NCBI GenBank assembly: GCA_963829055.1
Contig: CAWHHI010000012.1
Location: 1 to 64,000, forward strand
From: an uncultured Gemmatimonadaceae bacterium
GTDB taxonomy: Bacteria; Gemmatimonadota; Gemmatimonadetes; Gemmatimonadales; Gemmatimonadaceae
Direction: 5' to 3'
Length of the DNA: 64,000 bases
In this document: positions 1 to 11,686 of the stretch, piece by piece
Layout of the letters: every line of letters starts with the position of its first letter
Position numbering within the stretch: the stretch's first letter is position 1
Position numbers and translations under genes: made by a program
Notes under the pieces: generated by a model
What the model saw: the letters and a program-made list of their open reading frames with translations, nothing else
Databases searched by the model: none
What the model was told of the DNA's origin: nothing

Positions 1-460
1 GGTCGAATCGCACCGCGGCCGGGCTGGTCCGCCCCATGTGCAGGTCGGCGAGCACACGGCCGACGGCGCGCGAGAGCGATACGTCGAACCGAGTGATCGC
101 GGTGTCAGAGTCGAACGACGCGGCCGTCGCGCCGCGGAGCCAGTCCACGTCGTAGTCCGCAGGCTCGAGCCCTTTGGTCTCGACGGCTGCCAGAAAATCG
201 ACCGCCTGAAGCGCCTGTCGCGTCGGTAACCGGTGCCGACTCCAAAGCGGGGTGAAGGACTGCGCGCCGTAGAGCTTCAGCAGTGCCTGCGTCACCCCGC
301 GTCGTTCCTGCGCGCTGTCGCGACCGACCTCCCGCATGGCCAGGTCGCGGGGCCTGGACGGGGCCGCGTTAGGCGCCTGACCCGCGGCCACGCGCGCGAG
401 CGCGCCAATGCCGAGGAGGCTGGCTCGCGCGAGCCAGCGGGTGCCGCGTCGCCACCGCAT
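1..460 (-). CDS. L,D-transpeptidase (YcbB/LdtD-like), N-terminal part; runs off window; one frameshift
   Basis: Manual minus-strand translation: signal-like MRWRRGTRWLARASLLGIG..., then LYGAQSFTPLW...ETKGLEPADYDV...FDVSLSRAVGRVLADLHMGR, typical of the YcbB scaffold region. Confidence 0.65.
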   Translation of the reverse strand, partial: MRWRRGTRWLARASLLGIGALARVAAGQAPNAAPSRPRDLAMREVGRDSAQERRGVTQALLKLYGAQSFTPLWSRHRLPTRQALQAVDFLAAVETKGLEPADYDVDWLRGATAASFDSDTAITRFDVSLSRAVGRVLADLHMGRTSPAAVRFD

Positions 461-468
461 GAGACAGC

Positions 469-1047
469 TCAGCGTCGCGGAAGGGCGCCCTCGGCGACAA
501 TGCCCGTCTCATAGGTCGGGACAGTGGCATCCGCCGATACGACGAATCGCAGGTAGCTGCCCACGACGGCGTGGCCCGGAACCCCACAGGCCAGCCAATA
601 CGCGCCGGGCGTTGCCGCGGTGAACGTGATGTCGTCCTGTCGCGCGCCAGCTGGGAGCCCGCTCTCCCACGCGCGCGACGCCGCGCCGACGAATGCCGGG
701 TTTTGGGTACTCGCCGGAACGTACTTCTGCGCTCTCACCACCCCCACCGAGTGCGGGATGACATCGGCGTTGACGAAGGCAATCCGAACGCGCCAGCCCG
801 CCGGGATGGTGATGCGGTGACTTCCGCGGAAACCGCCGTTGAGATTGAAGCCGCTATGCGATTTGTCATAACCGGCCGTCACGCTCAGCTGGACTTCGCG
901 AGCGTCCGCGTCGTACCGCATGAAGTCGGGGTCCGGTCGTGCGACACCGCACACCATCACGATCAGGGTGCCCCACAACGCGGCCAGTGTCGTGCGTCGC
1001 AGGCCTGGATGGGCCACATACCATGACGTCGTCATTTGTCCTCCCAC
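469..1047 (-). CDS. Sulfocyanin-like cupredoxin
   Basis: FNLNGG, IPAGWRVRIAFVN, PHS, PGAYWLACGVPGHA motifs; N-terminal hydrophobic segment. Confidence 0.8.
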   Translation of the reverse strand: MGGQMTTSWYVAHPGLRRTTLAALWGTLIVMVCGVARPDPDFMRYDADAREVQLSVTAGYDKSHSGFNLNGGFRGSHRITIPAGWRVRIAFVNADVIPHSVGVVRAQKYVPASTQNPAFVGAASRAWESGLPAGARQDDITFTAATPGAYWLACGVPGHAVVGSYLRFVVSADATVPTYETGIVAEGALPRR

Positions 1048-1585
1048 TTACGTCCCGCCTGAGCGGGCGCCCCTGCGCTGCTGCGTCATACCGACGCGGA
1101 TCGCTCCCTTGTCTTCATTGAGCGTGCGCTCACGGTACGTCGCCGTGCGGTGCCGCCGCGTCGGGCGAGTGTCGCGTCCGCGGCCGGGATTCCCCGACAC
1201 TGGCTCGGCGGCCGCCCGTTAGGCCGTTGCCCTTCGCTCGACAAACGTCGTTGGTGAGCCCGGCACTAGAGCGAGTCGCCGGAATGAGATCGCACTGACC
1301 CACGTGGTTCCCAAGTCTCGACGAGGCTGGTGGGCATCGCGACGTGTTGTGTCCTCATCGCGCGACCGCACGATGGCTAGCCATCGGCGAGCGAGTCAGT
1401 CGCGCCGCCTAACGCCGCGTGTGTCGATCGCCCCTCACGCTTTGCGCGGATCCCTACCGCGTCAGGCAAACGGGGACGCACGACCGGCGGTTGTCGGACT
1501 ACGACGTGCAAGCTCGGACGTATCTTCGCAGGAGGCCGAGTGGCTAGTGTCCCTGGTGTCGTGAATCCCCGCGTGGAGGCCCCCC

Positions 1586-3760
1586 ATGCAGTACCGCATC
1601 CGACGATTCCGCCGACCGACCGCCACACTCCGTGTGCTGGTCGTGTCCCTCGCGTCACTGGCCTCGGCCGTGGCGTGCAATGAACAGGATAGACTCCCAA
1701 CCGGTCCGCCAACGGCGATACCCGTGGCGCCGCAGGCCGCAATCCTCGGCGCGACTACCACCAACATCCCGTTCAGCGTCGCCGCACTCAACGATGCGGG
1801 ACAGGTGGTCGGAACACAGCAGTCCGGAGCAACGTGGCGCGCTCTGCTCTGGGCACCGAGCGGCGCCGTGCAGGACCTCGGTACGCTCGGCGGAGCGTCG
1901 AGCTGGGCGTACGGGATCAACGAGCCCGGACAGGTCGTCGGCGCCAGCCTCACCAGCACGGGTGAGCAGCATGCGTTCCTGTGGACGCCTGGCCAGGGTA
2001 TGCAGGATCTCGGCACACTCGCCGGTGCACGCTCGAGCATCGCGCGTGGCATCAACGACCAGGGGCAGGTCGTGGGCGAGAGCACTTTCCCTCCCGTCCC
2101 GCCTCGCCAGCCGGCGACGCACGCGTTCGTCTGGTCGTCAGGTGGTGGAATGCAGGACCTCGGCACGCTCAACCAGAGCCTCACGTCCAGCATTGCCTTC
2201 GATATCAACAACGCGGGACAGGTTGTGGGTCGAGCGTTGTCGGCCGACCAGACGATCTTCCCGCCGACTGACCCCGGAATTCTTCTCGCGCGCGTTTCTC
2301 TGGGCGCCGGGGCAAGGCATGCGCGACCTCGGCGATCTCGGCGGCGCGCACAGCGTTGCCTACGCGATCAACGATGCCGGACAGGTCGTGGGCAGAAGCT
2401 GGTTGTCCACCATCATCCCGGACTACGGCCAGGTCTATCGCGCCTTCCTGTGGACGGCAGACCAGGGCATGCGCAACCTCGGCACGTTAGGCACGGGGCC
2501 CAGCGCAACCACCGCGTACGCGATCAACGAAGCCGGGCAGGTGGTCGGCACGCATGACACCGGGCCCTTCTTCCTTGGCAACCTGGTCCAGGGATTCCTA
2601 TGGACCGCCGAGGATGGAATGGAAGCCCTCACGCCTTCAACCGGCATCCAGAGACCGCGAGACATTAATGACCATCAACAGGTCATCGGGGACGGGCGCG
2701 TGGCCACGCTCCACATCAGCGCCGGCAACGTCCCGCCTGTCGCAGTCCCTGGCGGCCCGTATTCAGGCACGGAGGGTTCCCCCGTGCAGCTCGACCTGGC
2801 AGCCACGGACGTAGATGACGTTGGCTTCTCGTATAGCGTGTCGTTCGGCGATGGCACTCCAACCGCCTTCTTCGACACCCCACCGACCAGCTACACGTAC
2901 ACCGACAACGGCACGTACACGCTGACGCTCACGGTTCGCGACAACCGAGGCGCCACCGACACGAAGACGACGACCGTCACCATCACGAACGTCGCTCCGA
3001 CGATCGTCGCCGGCAGCCTAACGGGGCCGACCAGTCCCATCCAACTGACCGGCGGCAATGCGAGCGCGCCGATCGGCTTCGAGTTCAGGGATCCGGCGGG
3101 AACGAGCGACGTCTACGCGGCCGAGATCGCGTGCGGAAACGGTGTCGTGCTCACGCCGACGAACATCCCCGTGTCGAACACGTACACAGGTAACACGTAC
3201 ACGGGTGGCGTGGGGACGTGGGCTGGCGCCTGCACGTACACCACCGCGGGCGTCTACACGGTACGCGCCACCGTCTCCGACGACGATGGCGGTGTGAGCG
3301 CACCGGCGTTCTTCCAGTACGTCGTCGTCTTCGACCCCACGGGCGGCTCCGTCACGGGCGGTGGGTTCTACGACATCCCCGGGCAGGGGAACCGGAAGGC
3401 GCACTTCACGTTCAGCGCGGAGTTCCTCTCCGGGGACGCGGCCGTGCCTAACGGTGCGGTGAAGTTCTGGATCCCGGGCCGGGAGCTCGACTTCGAGAGC
3501 ACGAGTATCGAGACGCTCGTCGTGTCCGGGGACCGCGCGCAGCTATGGGGAACCGGCACGCTCAACGGAGCACCCGCACGGTTCCGCATCACGGCCGTGA
3601 TGGCCAGACCGGCGGCCACGGCAGCAATGCGGACACGATCCGGGTCGAGCTCTGGGACGCGAGCGGCACGCTGATCTACGACACGCAGCCGGGCGCCGCG
3701 CAGGACGCGCCGGTCACGCAGGCGATTCAGGGCGGCAACATCCAGATTCACCGCGACTGA
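1586..3760 (+). CDS. HAF-repeat lipoprotein with PKD/Ig-like domains and C-terminal beta-rich domain (frameshifted)
   Basis: Lipobox LASAVAC; repeats of AxxINxxGQVVG...HAFLW...MQDLGTLGG; FGDG...YTYTDNGTYTLTLTV PKD motif; pieced from ORFs 1586, 1632 and 3545. Confidence 0.85.
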
Positions 3761-3772
3761 CCGATGTCATTG

Positions 3773-3810
3773 AGGCGAGGCCGATGCGCGACGGCGCCAT
3801 TGGCCTCGCC
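3773..3810 (+). terminator. Hairpin after first HAF gene
   Basis: AGGCGAGGCCGATG...CATTGGCCTCGCCT inverted repeat just after the stop; weak U-tract. Confidence 0.4.
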
Positions 3811-3901
3811 TGCCTAATTGTTTAGACGTGGCGAGGGTTCCCCTCTTCGTGTGAAGGTGCCCGTGCGGTATCCCATTCAGCACGTCCGTCGCCCGTCGGC
3901 C

Positions 3902-5382
3902 GTGCGCTACGCGCGGATTCTTTCCCTGGCGACGCTCGTCGTCGCTGGTGCGTGCGCCGAGCAGGACGTCCCGCCGACGGCTCCACCGCTAGCACGGCAC
4001 GTACACAGGCAACGGCGACCGTCTTGGCGGCCACCGTCATCGTGCTCCCGACTCTCGGCGGCACATTGACGTTCGCGGCCGATATCAACGATGCTGGTGA
4101 AGTTGTCGGATGGAGCTATACGGCGGACGGACAGCAGCACGCGTTTCTGTGGACGGCGGCGGGCGGCATGCGGGACCTCGGCACCCTTGGCGGCGGATCG
4201 AGTAGCGCAGCCTCGATCAACGAGGCGGGGCAGATTGTAGGAACGAGCGCATCAGCGGACGCGAAGAACGCGCGCCACGCGTTTTTGTGGACACCCGGTT
4301 CCGGCATGCGAGACCTCGGCACCCTCGCGGCGCAGTTCAGCGTCGCGACCGGGATCAACGACAACGGGGTTGTGGTCGGAAACAACGTCGTGCTGAACTT
4401 CAGGAACCGCGCGTTCCTGTGGACGTCGGATCTCGGCATGCGAGATCTCGATGCCAACAGCGGCGGGTGGGCTCCGGCGTCGGCGATCAACAATGTCGGA
4501 CAGGTCGTTGGCTACTTCCTGCACGTCGAATGGGCCGGCGAGCGCCTTTCTCTGGAGCGCTGGCGCAGGGAATGCAGGACCTCGGGACGCTGGACGGTGT
4601 GTCTACCGCCGCGCTGGCGATCAACGACGCCGGTCAGGTCGTGGGCTCCACCTGGATCGGCGAGCAGCCGCCGCGAGCGTTCCTGTGGCTGCCAGGCCAA
4701 GGGATGCGAGAGCTCGGCACTCTCGGTGGTGTCGGCACCGAAGCGTTTGGAATCAACGACGCCGGGCAAGTGGTGGGGTATGGCACTACAACCGACGGTG
4801 CGGCGCGTCACGCCTTTGTGTGGACCGCACGGGACGGGATGGAAGACCTGTACCCGCTGACTGGAATGACGGACGCGCGGGCGATCAACAACCGAGGCCA
4901 GGTCGTCGGTGGCGATCGCGTCGCAACGCTGCGCTTTCAGACGCCTAACGGCGCTTCCGACGCCGCGAAGGGCAGCGGTTCTACGTCGCTGCCGGGCAGC
5001 CAAAGACGCAAGGCGCACTTCACGTTCAGTGTCACGTTCCTCCTCGGAGGCCAGACGGCGCCTAACGGGGCCGTGCAAGGTTCTGGATTCCGGGCTCGCG
5101 GATCGATTTCGAGAGCGGCGTCATCGAGATGCTCGTCGTATCGGACAACCGCGCGCAGTTCTGGGGCACCGGCACGCTCGACGGCGCACCGGCGCGATTC
5201 CGGATCACGGCCGTGGACGGACGCCAGTCGGGCCGTGGCCGATGCGATCGCGGACGCGTTCCGAATCGAGCTCTGAAACGCGAGCGGCACGCTCGTATAT
5301 CGACACTCAGCCTGGGACCGCGCCGGATGCACCACTCACCACCGCGATCGATGGCGGCAGCATCCAGATCGACCATCAGTGA
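3902..5382 (+). CDS. HAF-repeat lipoprotein lacking the PKD module (frameshifted)
   Basis: Lipobox VVAGAC; HAF repeats; same KAHFTF...PNG...AQFWGTGTL C-terminal domain as its neighbours. Confidence 0.8.
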
Positions 5383-5601
5383 TGGCGCAGCGCTGCGGCC
5401 GTCGTTAGGCCTGCCGCGAGTCGGGAACGTCGTGCCACTGGTCCGCTCCCCGACGCCCATGAGACGGCGGTATGACTCCGCGATGTTCTCCGGTGGCCCG
5501 TCGGGTAAACTGGGACGCACCAACCGGGAGCCACCGGACTACGTACCGACGCGGACGGCCTAGCTTCGCAAGTAGTGAAGCTCAGACTGAATGGAGGTCC
5601 T

Positions 5602-7697
5602 ATGCAGCCCCGTGTCCAACAGGCCAGCCGGTCGGCGGCCGTGTTCCGTGCGCTCACCCTTGCCTTGGCGGCAATTGCCCTGGCTTCGGCGTGCGATGAG
5701 CACGACCGACTTCCGACGGCGCCGCCGATCACCCGCCCGGCGCGCCGCAGGCGGCGATCGTCGGGGCGAACGTCACCAGCCTCCCGTTCACACCCGTCGC
5801 CATCAACGAGTCCGGTCAGGTGGCGGGGTCAAGCGGTCAAGCGTGGGAGGAAGTCACGCCGTGCGGTGGTCACCGAGTGAAGGCGTACAGGACCTGGGAA
5901 CACTCGGCGGAACCGCCAGCACCGGCTACGCCATCAACGAGGCTGGGCAGGTCGTCGGTTCGAGTTCCACGTCGGGCAATACCGAAACTCACGCGTTCCT
6001 CTGGACGCCCGGGCATGGCATGCAGGACCTCGGCACCCTGGGCGGGACCTCCAGCACCGCCCGCGGATCAACGACGCGGGGGAGGTCGTCGGTGACAGCT
6101 ATCTCGCGAGTGGCGGCCGGCACGCGTTCGTCTGGACACCTAACGAGGGCATGCGCGACCTGGGTGCGCTCGGCGGCAGTTTGGATCTCTCCCAGAGCAT
6201 TGCGTACGACATCAACAACGTCGGGCAGGTGGTGGGCGAGAGCTTCAACCGCTTCAGTCGGGAGCTCACGCGCGCGTTCCTCTGGACCGCAAACTCCGGT
6301 ATGCAGTACATCGGCGGCCTCGAACCGCGGACCGGTAGCGGTATCGCCTACGCCATCAACGACGCTGGGCAGGTCGTGGGGCAGAGCTGGACCGACAGCG
6401 GGGCCATATCACGCGTTTCTGTGGACGTCGTCGCAAGGCATGCGCGACCTCGGGACCTACATGGCGTTCAATAGCGCGGCCTACGGCATCAACGAAGCCG
6501 GGCAGGTCGTCGGTATCGGCGACATCGGACCAGGGCTGCGAAACGCCGCCGCATTCCTGTGGAGCGAAGCAGAGGGCATGGAGGGTATCTGGCCGACTAC
6601 GGGCATTGGCTTTCCGCGCGACATCAACGACCACCTGCAGGTCGTCGGCTCCGGTCGCGTGGCGACGCTCCAACTCCAACCCGGCAGCCGCCCGCCCGTA
6701 GCCAGCGCCGGCGGACCCTACACGGGCGTCGAGGGTTCGCCGGTCAAATTCGCTCTCTCGACGAGCGACCCGGATGGCGATGCGGTCTTCTCGACGTGGG
6801 ACTTTGGCGACGGCACCACCGGCTGGACGGACGGGGACCTCTCGCTGCAGCCTGAGTCACGTCTATCAAGATGACGGCACATTCGCCGTCACCGTGACCG
6901 TGCGAGACACCAAGGGCAACACGGATACGAAGACCACGACCGCCACGATCGCCAACGTCGCCCCGTCCATCGCGACCGGCGGCCTAACGGGGCCGTCGGC
7001 GCCCATTCAGCTCCTCGGCGGGAGCGCGGACGCGGCGATCACCGCTCGCCTTTTCGGACCCTGCGGGCAAGCGCGACACGTACGCCGCCGAGGTGCAGTG
7101 CGGCAACGGCACGACGCTCTCGCCTAACGGGATCACGTCACCGTACACGGGTACGTGCACGTACGCGAGCGCGGGAGTCTATACCGTGCGCGCGACCGTG
7201 TCCGACGAGGACGGCGGCGCGAGCGCGCCGGCGTTGTACGAATACGTCGTCGTGTACGACCCGGAGGGCCCGTCGGTGACCGGGGGCGGGTTTTACAGCA
7301 TCCCCGGCCAGGGCGACCGGAAGGCGCACTTCACGTTCAGCGCCGAGTTCGCCTCTGGGCAGCCAGCCGCGCCTAACGGGGCCGTGAAGTTCTGGATCCC
7401 GGGCCGGGCGCTGGACTTCGCGAGCACGGCCCTCGAGCTGCTCGTCGTGTCGGGCAACCGCGCGCAGTTCTGGGGCACCGGCACGCTCAACGGCGCCGCG
7501 GTGCGCTTCCGAATCACCGCCGTCGACGGGCAGCAGGGCGAAAGCAAGGGGAACAGTCGGGGCGCGGACGCGATCCGCGTCGAGCTCTGGGACGCCGAGC
7601 GGCGCGCTCGTGTACGACAACGCAGCCCGGCGCTGCTCAGGACGCGCCGGTCACGCAGCTGATCGAGGGCGGCAACATCCAGATTCACCGACACTGA
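5602..7697 (+). CDS. HAF-repeat lipoprotein with PKD/Ig-like domains (frameshifted)
   Basis: GGAGG RBS; lipobox LASAC; HAF repeats; WDFGDG PKD motif; paralogous C-terminus ending GGNIQIHR. Confidence 0.85.
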
Positions 7698-7890
7698 GCA
7701 TGGCGCGGGCCAATGCGTCATGGACAGGGCTCGATCGGCGCAGGATGCCTAACGATTCCAGGAGCGCGCGAGCGACCAAGTCCCGCGCCCTGCTCCACCA
7801 ACCTCGTGACGCCCAGCATTCGCAGGACGAGCCTGCCGCCAGGAACAATGCCGACGCCGCTGCTGATCCGAGGCGTCGGAGTAGCCGCGA

Positions 7891-8344
7891 TCAACCCGCG
7901 GCCGTCTTCCGCGTTAGGTCGCTCACGTCGCCGACCGCACCGCGCCGTACATGACCAGTCAGTTCTACCGCGGCCGAGACCGTGTTGTAGATCGTGCCGA
8001 ATTTCCGCACGTTCTGGTGCAGCAGATCCAGGCGCTGGTCGGACTCGTCGGTATCGATCACGAGATCGTAATCGATTCGCGTCATTCGTCGGTGGCGCGT
8101 CTTGCCGCACGCCGTGGACACGCACTGTCGCGCCCTCGAGCCGGAACTTGAGTAACGGGATGACGCGTTCGATGCCCTTGAGCATGCACGCCGCTACCGC
8201 CGCGAGTAGTAGCTCCGCGGGATTGAACGCGTCCGTTCGGCCCGCCGGGTCCGTGTCGAGCGCCAGGACGGCGCTGGGACATTGGTCACCCGTGGCGAAG
8301 GCGGGCGGACCGGTTCGCGTCGCACTCACTGTGTATTCGAGCAT
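7891..8344 (-). CDS. OsmC family protein (one frameshift)
   Basis: FNPAELLLAAVAACMLK motif and IDYDLVIDTD...NVRKFGTIYNTV C-terminus. Confidence 0.8.
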
Positions 8345-8504
8345 CTCCTCTCTCCTCGTCAGTCACCTGGCGTGCCGCCGAAAACCAACTGCTGCGGACA
8401 GCGCGGGTCTGTCGGCGGAAGCACTATCGCCGATGAACGATGCGCATCGACGCTCGCTCGTCCGTCGGCGGTTCCGCCGGAGATGTGTCCACGTTCGCCG
8501 GACG

Positions 8505-9067
8505 CTAGTCCGCTGCGACACTGGACGTCGACTCGGACGCCAGCTCGTATGTCGGAACACGCGCAGCGGACGACACGCTCAGCCTGAGGTACGCGCCTAG
8601 CGCCGCATTCCCCGGGACGCCGCAGGCGATCAGGTACTCGCCGGGCGGTCTCGCAACAAAGACGATGTCGCGCTGGCGTGCTCCGTCGGATAGTCCTTGC
8701 TCGATCGCCTCCTCGATGCCGCGCCGGCGAGCGCCGGCCGTGCGATGCGCATCGGCAACGGCTCCTGCTCGCGAACGACCACGACGGAGTGTCGGATGGC
8801 GTCCCGGTTCACGAACATCAGCCGCACTCGCCAACCAGTCGGCACCGTGATGCGGCGGCCACCGTGCGAGCCGCCGTTGAAATTGTACCCGCCGTTCGAT
8901 GTGTCGTAGGCTGCGACGAGCGTGATGTCCACGCGGCGAGCGTCGGCGTCGTACCGCATGAACTTGGGCGCGCCGCCTGTTCCGACGAAGACCGCCGCCG
9001 CGGCATAGCCGGCGACGCCGATGAAATCGCGGCGAGTATACTGGTGTGGCGGATCGACCAATGTCAT
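8505..9067 (-). CDS. Second sulfocyanin-like cupredoxin with Tat-like signal (frameshifted)
   Basis: TRRDFIG signal; FMRYDADAR, YNFNGG, RHSV, PGEYLIACGVPGN; clear paralog of 469-1047. Confidence 0.75.
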
Positions 9068-9124
9068 TGCTCGCTCCGGCGCTTCCGTTAGGCGACGAGT
9101 CGCCGCGGCCAGCCGCGATGCCGC

Positions 9125-9530
9125 TTATCCCGCATTGGCGTGTACCCATGCGGAAGGCGCGGAGAGGAGTGGCCTCCAACGCCTAACGAGATCGCAATAC
9201 GCTTTGCCGACCGGCCTGATCCGGCGGTCCAGATCGAATAGGCCAACAGGATGCTCCTCATTGCGCTCTTCCCGGAGCGAATACTGCCAGTCGATCTGAT
9301 CCGTGAGCGAGTACCAGGTGAACCCGGGCGGATCGGGATCCCCATTGCCCGGAGGCGCATGACCTCGCGCCATTGCTCATTGAGCCACGTCGCGGCGTAC
9401 GGACTCGCGCGGTTCGTCTCGTAGTGGAACAGTGGGAGACGGTAGCGGCGGTAGTATCGCGCCGCGAGCGCGGAAAGCCCGAGCGGATGCTGCTCGGTCT
9501 CCCACGTTCCCGCCGGCGACATGCGGTGCT
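9125..9530 (-). pseudogene. C-terminal fragment of a family-1-like glycoside hydrolase
   Basis: YYRRYRLPLFHYETN, GFTWYSLTDQIDW, HPVGLFDLDRRIRPVG. Confidence 0.65.
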
Positions 9531-9750
9531 CGCTCGTCTCGAGGTCGTTCACCCCGAACGCCTGCAGCACGTCCGCGTTCACGAGGAACGTCCCCACGCC
9601 TCCTCGTACCGCGCCTCGAGCGTCCACAGGTCCTGGCGGAAGAGCCAGAACTGCACGCCGTACCCGTGCACGAGCGCGACGTGGCGCTGTACCTCGCCGA
9701 CGCGGCCGAGGTTCTGGACCTCGTCGATCATGACGACGACGCGATTGCGT
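9525..9750 (-). pseudogene. Internal fragment of a VirD4/TraG-type conjugative coupling protein
   Basis: VVVMIDEVQNLGR...GYGVQFWLFRQD...Y...GTFLVNADVLQAFGVNDLET (Walker B region of TraG-D C domain). Confidence 0.65.
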
Positions 9751-9817
9751 ACGACGGGTGAGATTGCACTCGCCCCCGTCCTGTCCTTCCCTATCGCGTT
9801 CAATGGGCGTGTGTCGC

Positions 9818-10734
9818 TCACGGACGAACACGAATGATCGTCTTCCCCTGGCGTCGCGCGGTCGGGTTGAAGGCGGCGACGGCATTGTCGAGGCTGGAGA
9901 CGGTGCCGATGTTCGTTCGCAGTCGTCCGTCCCGCACCCGCTGGACGATCAGACTCAGTTGGGCACGATCGGACTCGACAACGAAGTCGACCGCCCGGCC
10001 GTCGGCGGGCCGGGCCTCCGGCGGCCCGACGACGGACACCAGTGTTCCTCCGGCGCGAATCAGGCCTGCGGACCGTTTCCCGATGTCGCCGCCGATGACA
10101 TTGAACACCAGATCGACTTCTCCGACGTCTTTCAGTGTGTCGTTGCGAGGTCGACGAACTCCTTCGCGCCGAAGTCGAGCGCCGGCTGACGGTCGGCCGC
10201 GCGTCCGGTGCCGATCACGTAGGCGCCGAACTCACGTGCGAGCTGCGTCACCATGGAACCGACTGCGCCGGCCGCGCCGTGCACGAGGACGCGCTGCCCT
10301 GCCCGAAGGCGGCCGTGTTCGAACAGTCCCTGCCACGCGGTCAGGCCCGAGATCGGCAGGCTCGCGCCCACCGTGAAGTCGACATCGCCCGGCAGCGGCG
10401 CGAGGTTGCGTGCTTCGACGGCCACATACTCGGCCAAGGTGCCGTCGCGATACCAGTCCGCGAGGCCGAACACCCGCTGTCCGACTGACAGCCCGGTCGT
10501 GCCATAGCCGAGGGCCGTGACCACGCCGGCCAGCTCGTGCCCGGGGATGGATGGTGTTCGGTCACGACCGAGGCGATCAGTCCACGTCGAGGGCCACGCC
10601 AACTCAGTCCCGACGAATCCCGACGCATGAACCTGAACGACGACGTCGTTTATCGCTGCCTGCGGCTCGGGCCGCTCCACCAGCTTCATCCCGGCCATTC
10701 CCGCCGCCTGGTCCGTCACAACGATGGCCTTCAT
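9818..10734 (-). CDS. NADP-dependent oxidoreductase, MDR/quinone oxidoreductase family (one frameshift)
   Basis: IPGHELAG, GLTAWQGLF, VLVHGAAGAVG motifs. Confidence 0.9.
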
Positions 10735-11242
10735 TGTCCAACTCCTTGTGTGTGGTATGTCGTCATCTTCCGAAACATGAGCAGATGAAAACGACGATCG
10801 TGCGCGAGGTCGTCATCGGCGATCCGATTACCGACGAACACCGCGAAACGCTCTACGAGGTCGCCACGGCGCGACACCGGCGTTAGGCGGGGAGCATCGA
10901 GGGGGTTCGCTCTCCGGCGCGGCCTACGCGCGCGGGCTCCGCGTCCTCGCGCGGCTGGCGGAAGACCTCTCACTCCCGGCCTCGAAGTTGACGGCGGCCC
11001 AGCAGGCCCTCGCGGCGACGGGCTGCTCGACGTCTTCGCGGCCTTCGCGCCCGCCTGCTCATTGGGGCCTCCATGGAACGAAAACCGCGGCGGTTCTACG
11101 AAGCGCGCGCGACCCTCCGGCTGGGGAACTTCGGATCCGACACCATGATAAGTGGGGCGGCGCGTTGTTCACGCTTCTCGAGGCGGCCTGCCACCCTCTG
11201 CCGGCGCCAACAAACATTGCGACTTGCACAGCACTGGATGGC

Positions 11243-11686
11243 ATGCGACTGAAAGCCGTGGAGCTGCACGATGAGTCTCGGTACCAGGATATCGACTCGT
11301 TCCTGGTCGACCGCATCTACGAGTTCAATGCGAAGGCAACCGGCTACGCCGATGCCAGGGTCTTCGCTGGTACCATTCGAGACGACGCAGGTGAGATCAT
11401 TGCCGGGGTCAGCGGCTACACTTGGGGAGGCTGCTGCGAACTCACTCACGTCTGGGTTCACGACGGCCACCGCGGCCAGGGCCTTGGAAAGGCCCTTGTC
11501 CGCGCCGCCGAAGCGGTGGCCGTGGATCGCGGCTGCGGGCAAGTGGTCCTCATGACTCACAGTTTCCAGGCACCTCAGTTCTATGAGCACCTGGGCTACG
11601 AGCGAAAGTACGCCATTCAGGATCGGCCCTGGGGCTACTCCGACATCGTCTACGTCAAACGGCTCAATGACAACGATGGCACCTAA
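11243..11686 (+). CDS. GNAT N-acetyltransferase
   Basis: WVHDGHRGQGLGKAL; THSFQAPQFYEHLGY. Confidence 0.85.
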   Translation: MRLKAVELHDESRYQDIDSFLVDRIYEFNAKATGYADARVFAGTIRDDAGEIIAGVSGYTWGGCCELTHVWVHDGHRGQGLGKALVRAAEAVAVDRGCGQVVLMTHSFQAPQFYEHLGYERKYAIQDRPWGYSDIVYVKRLNDNDGT

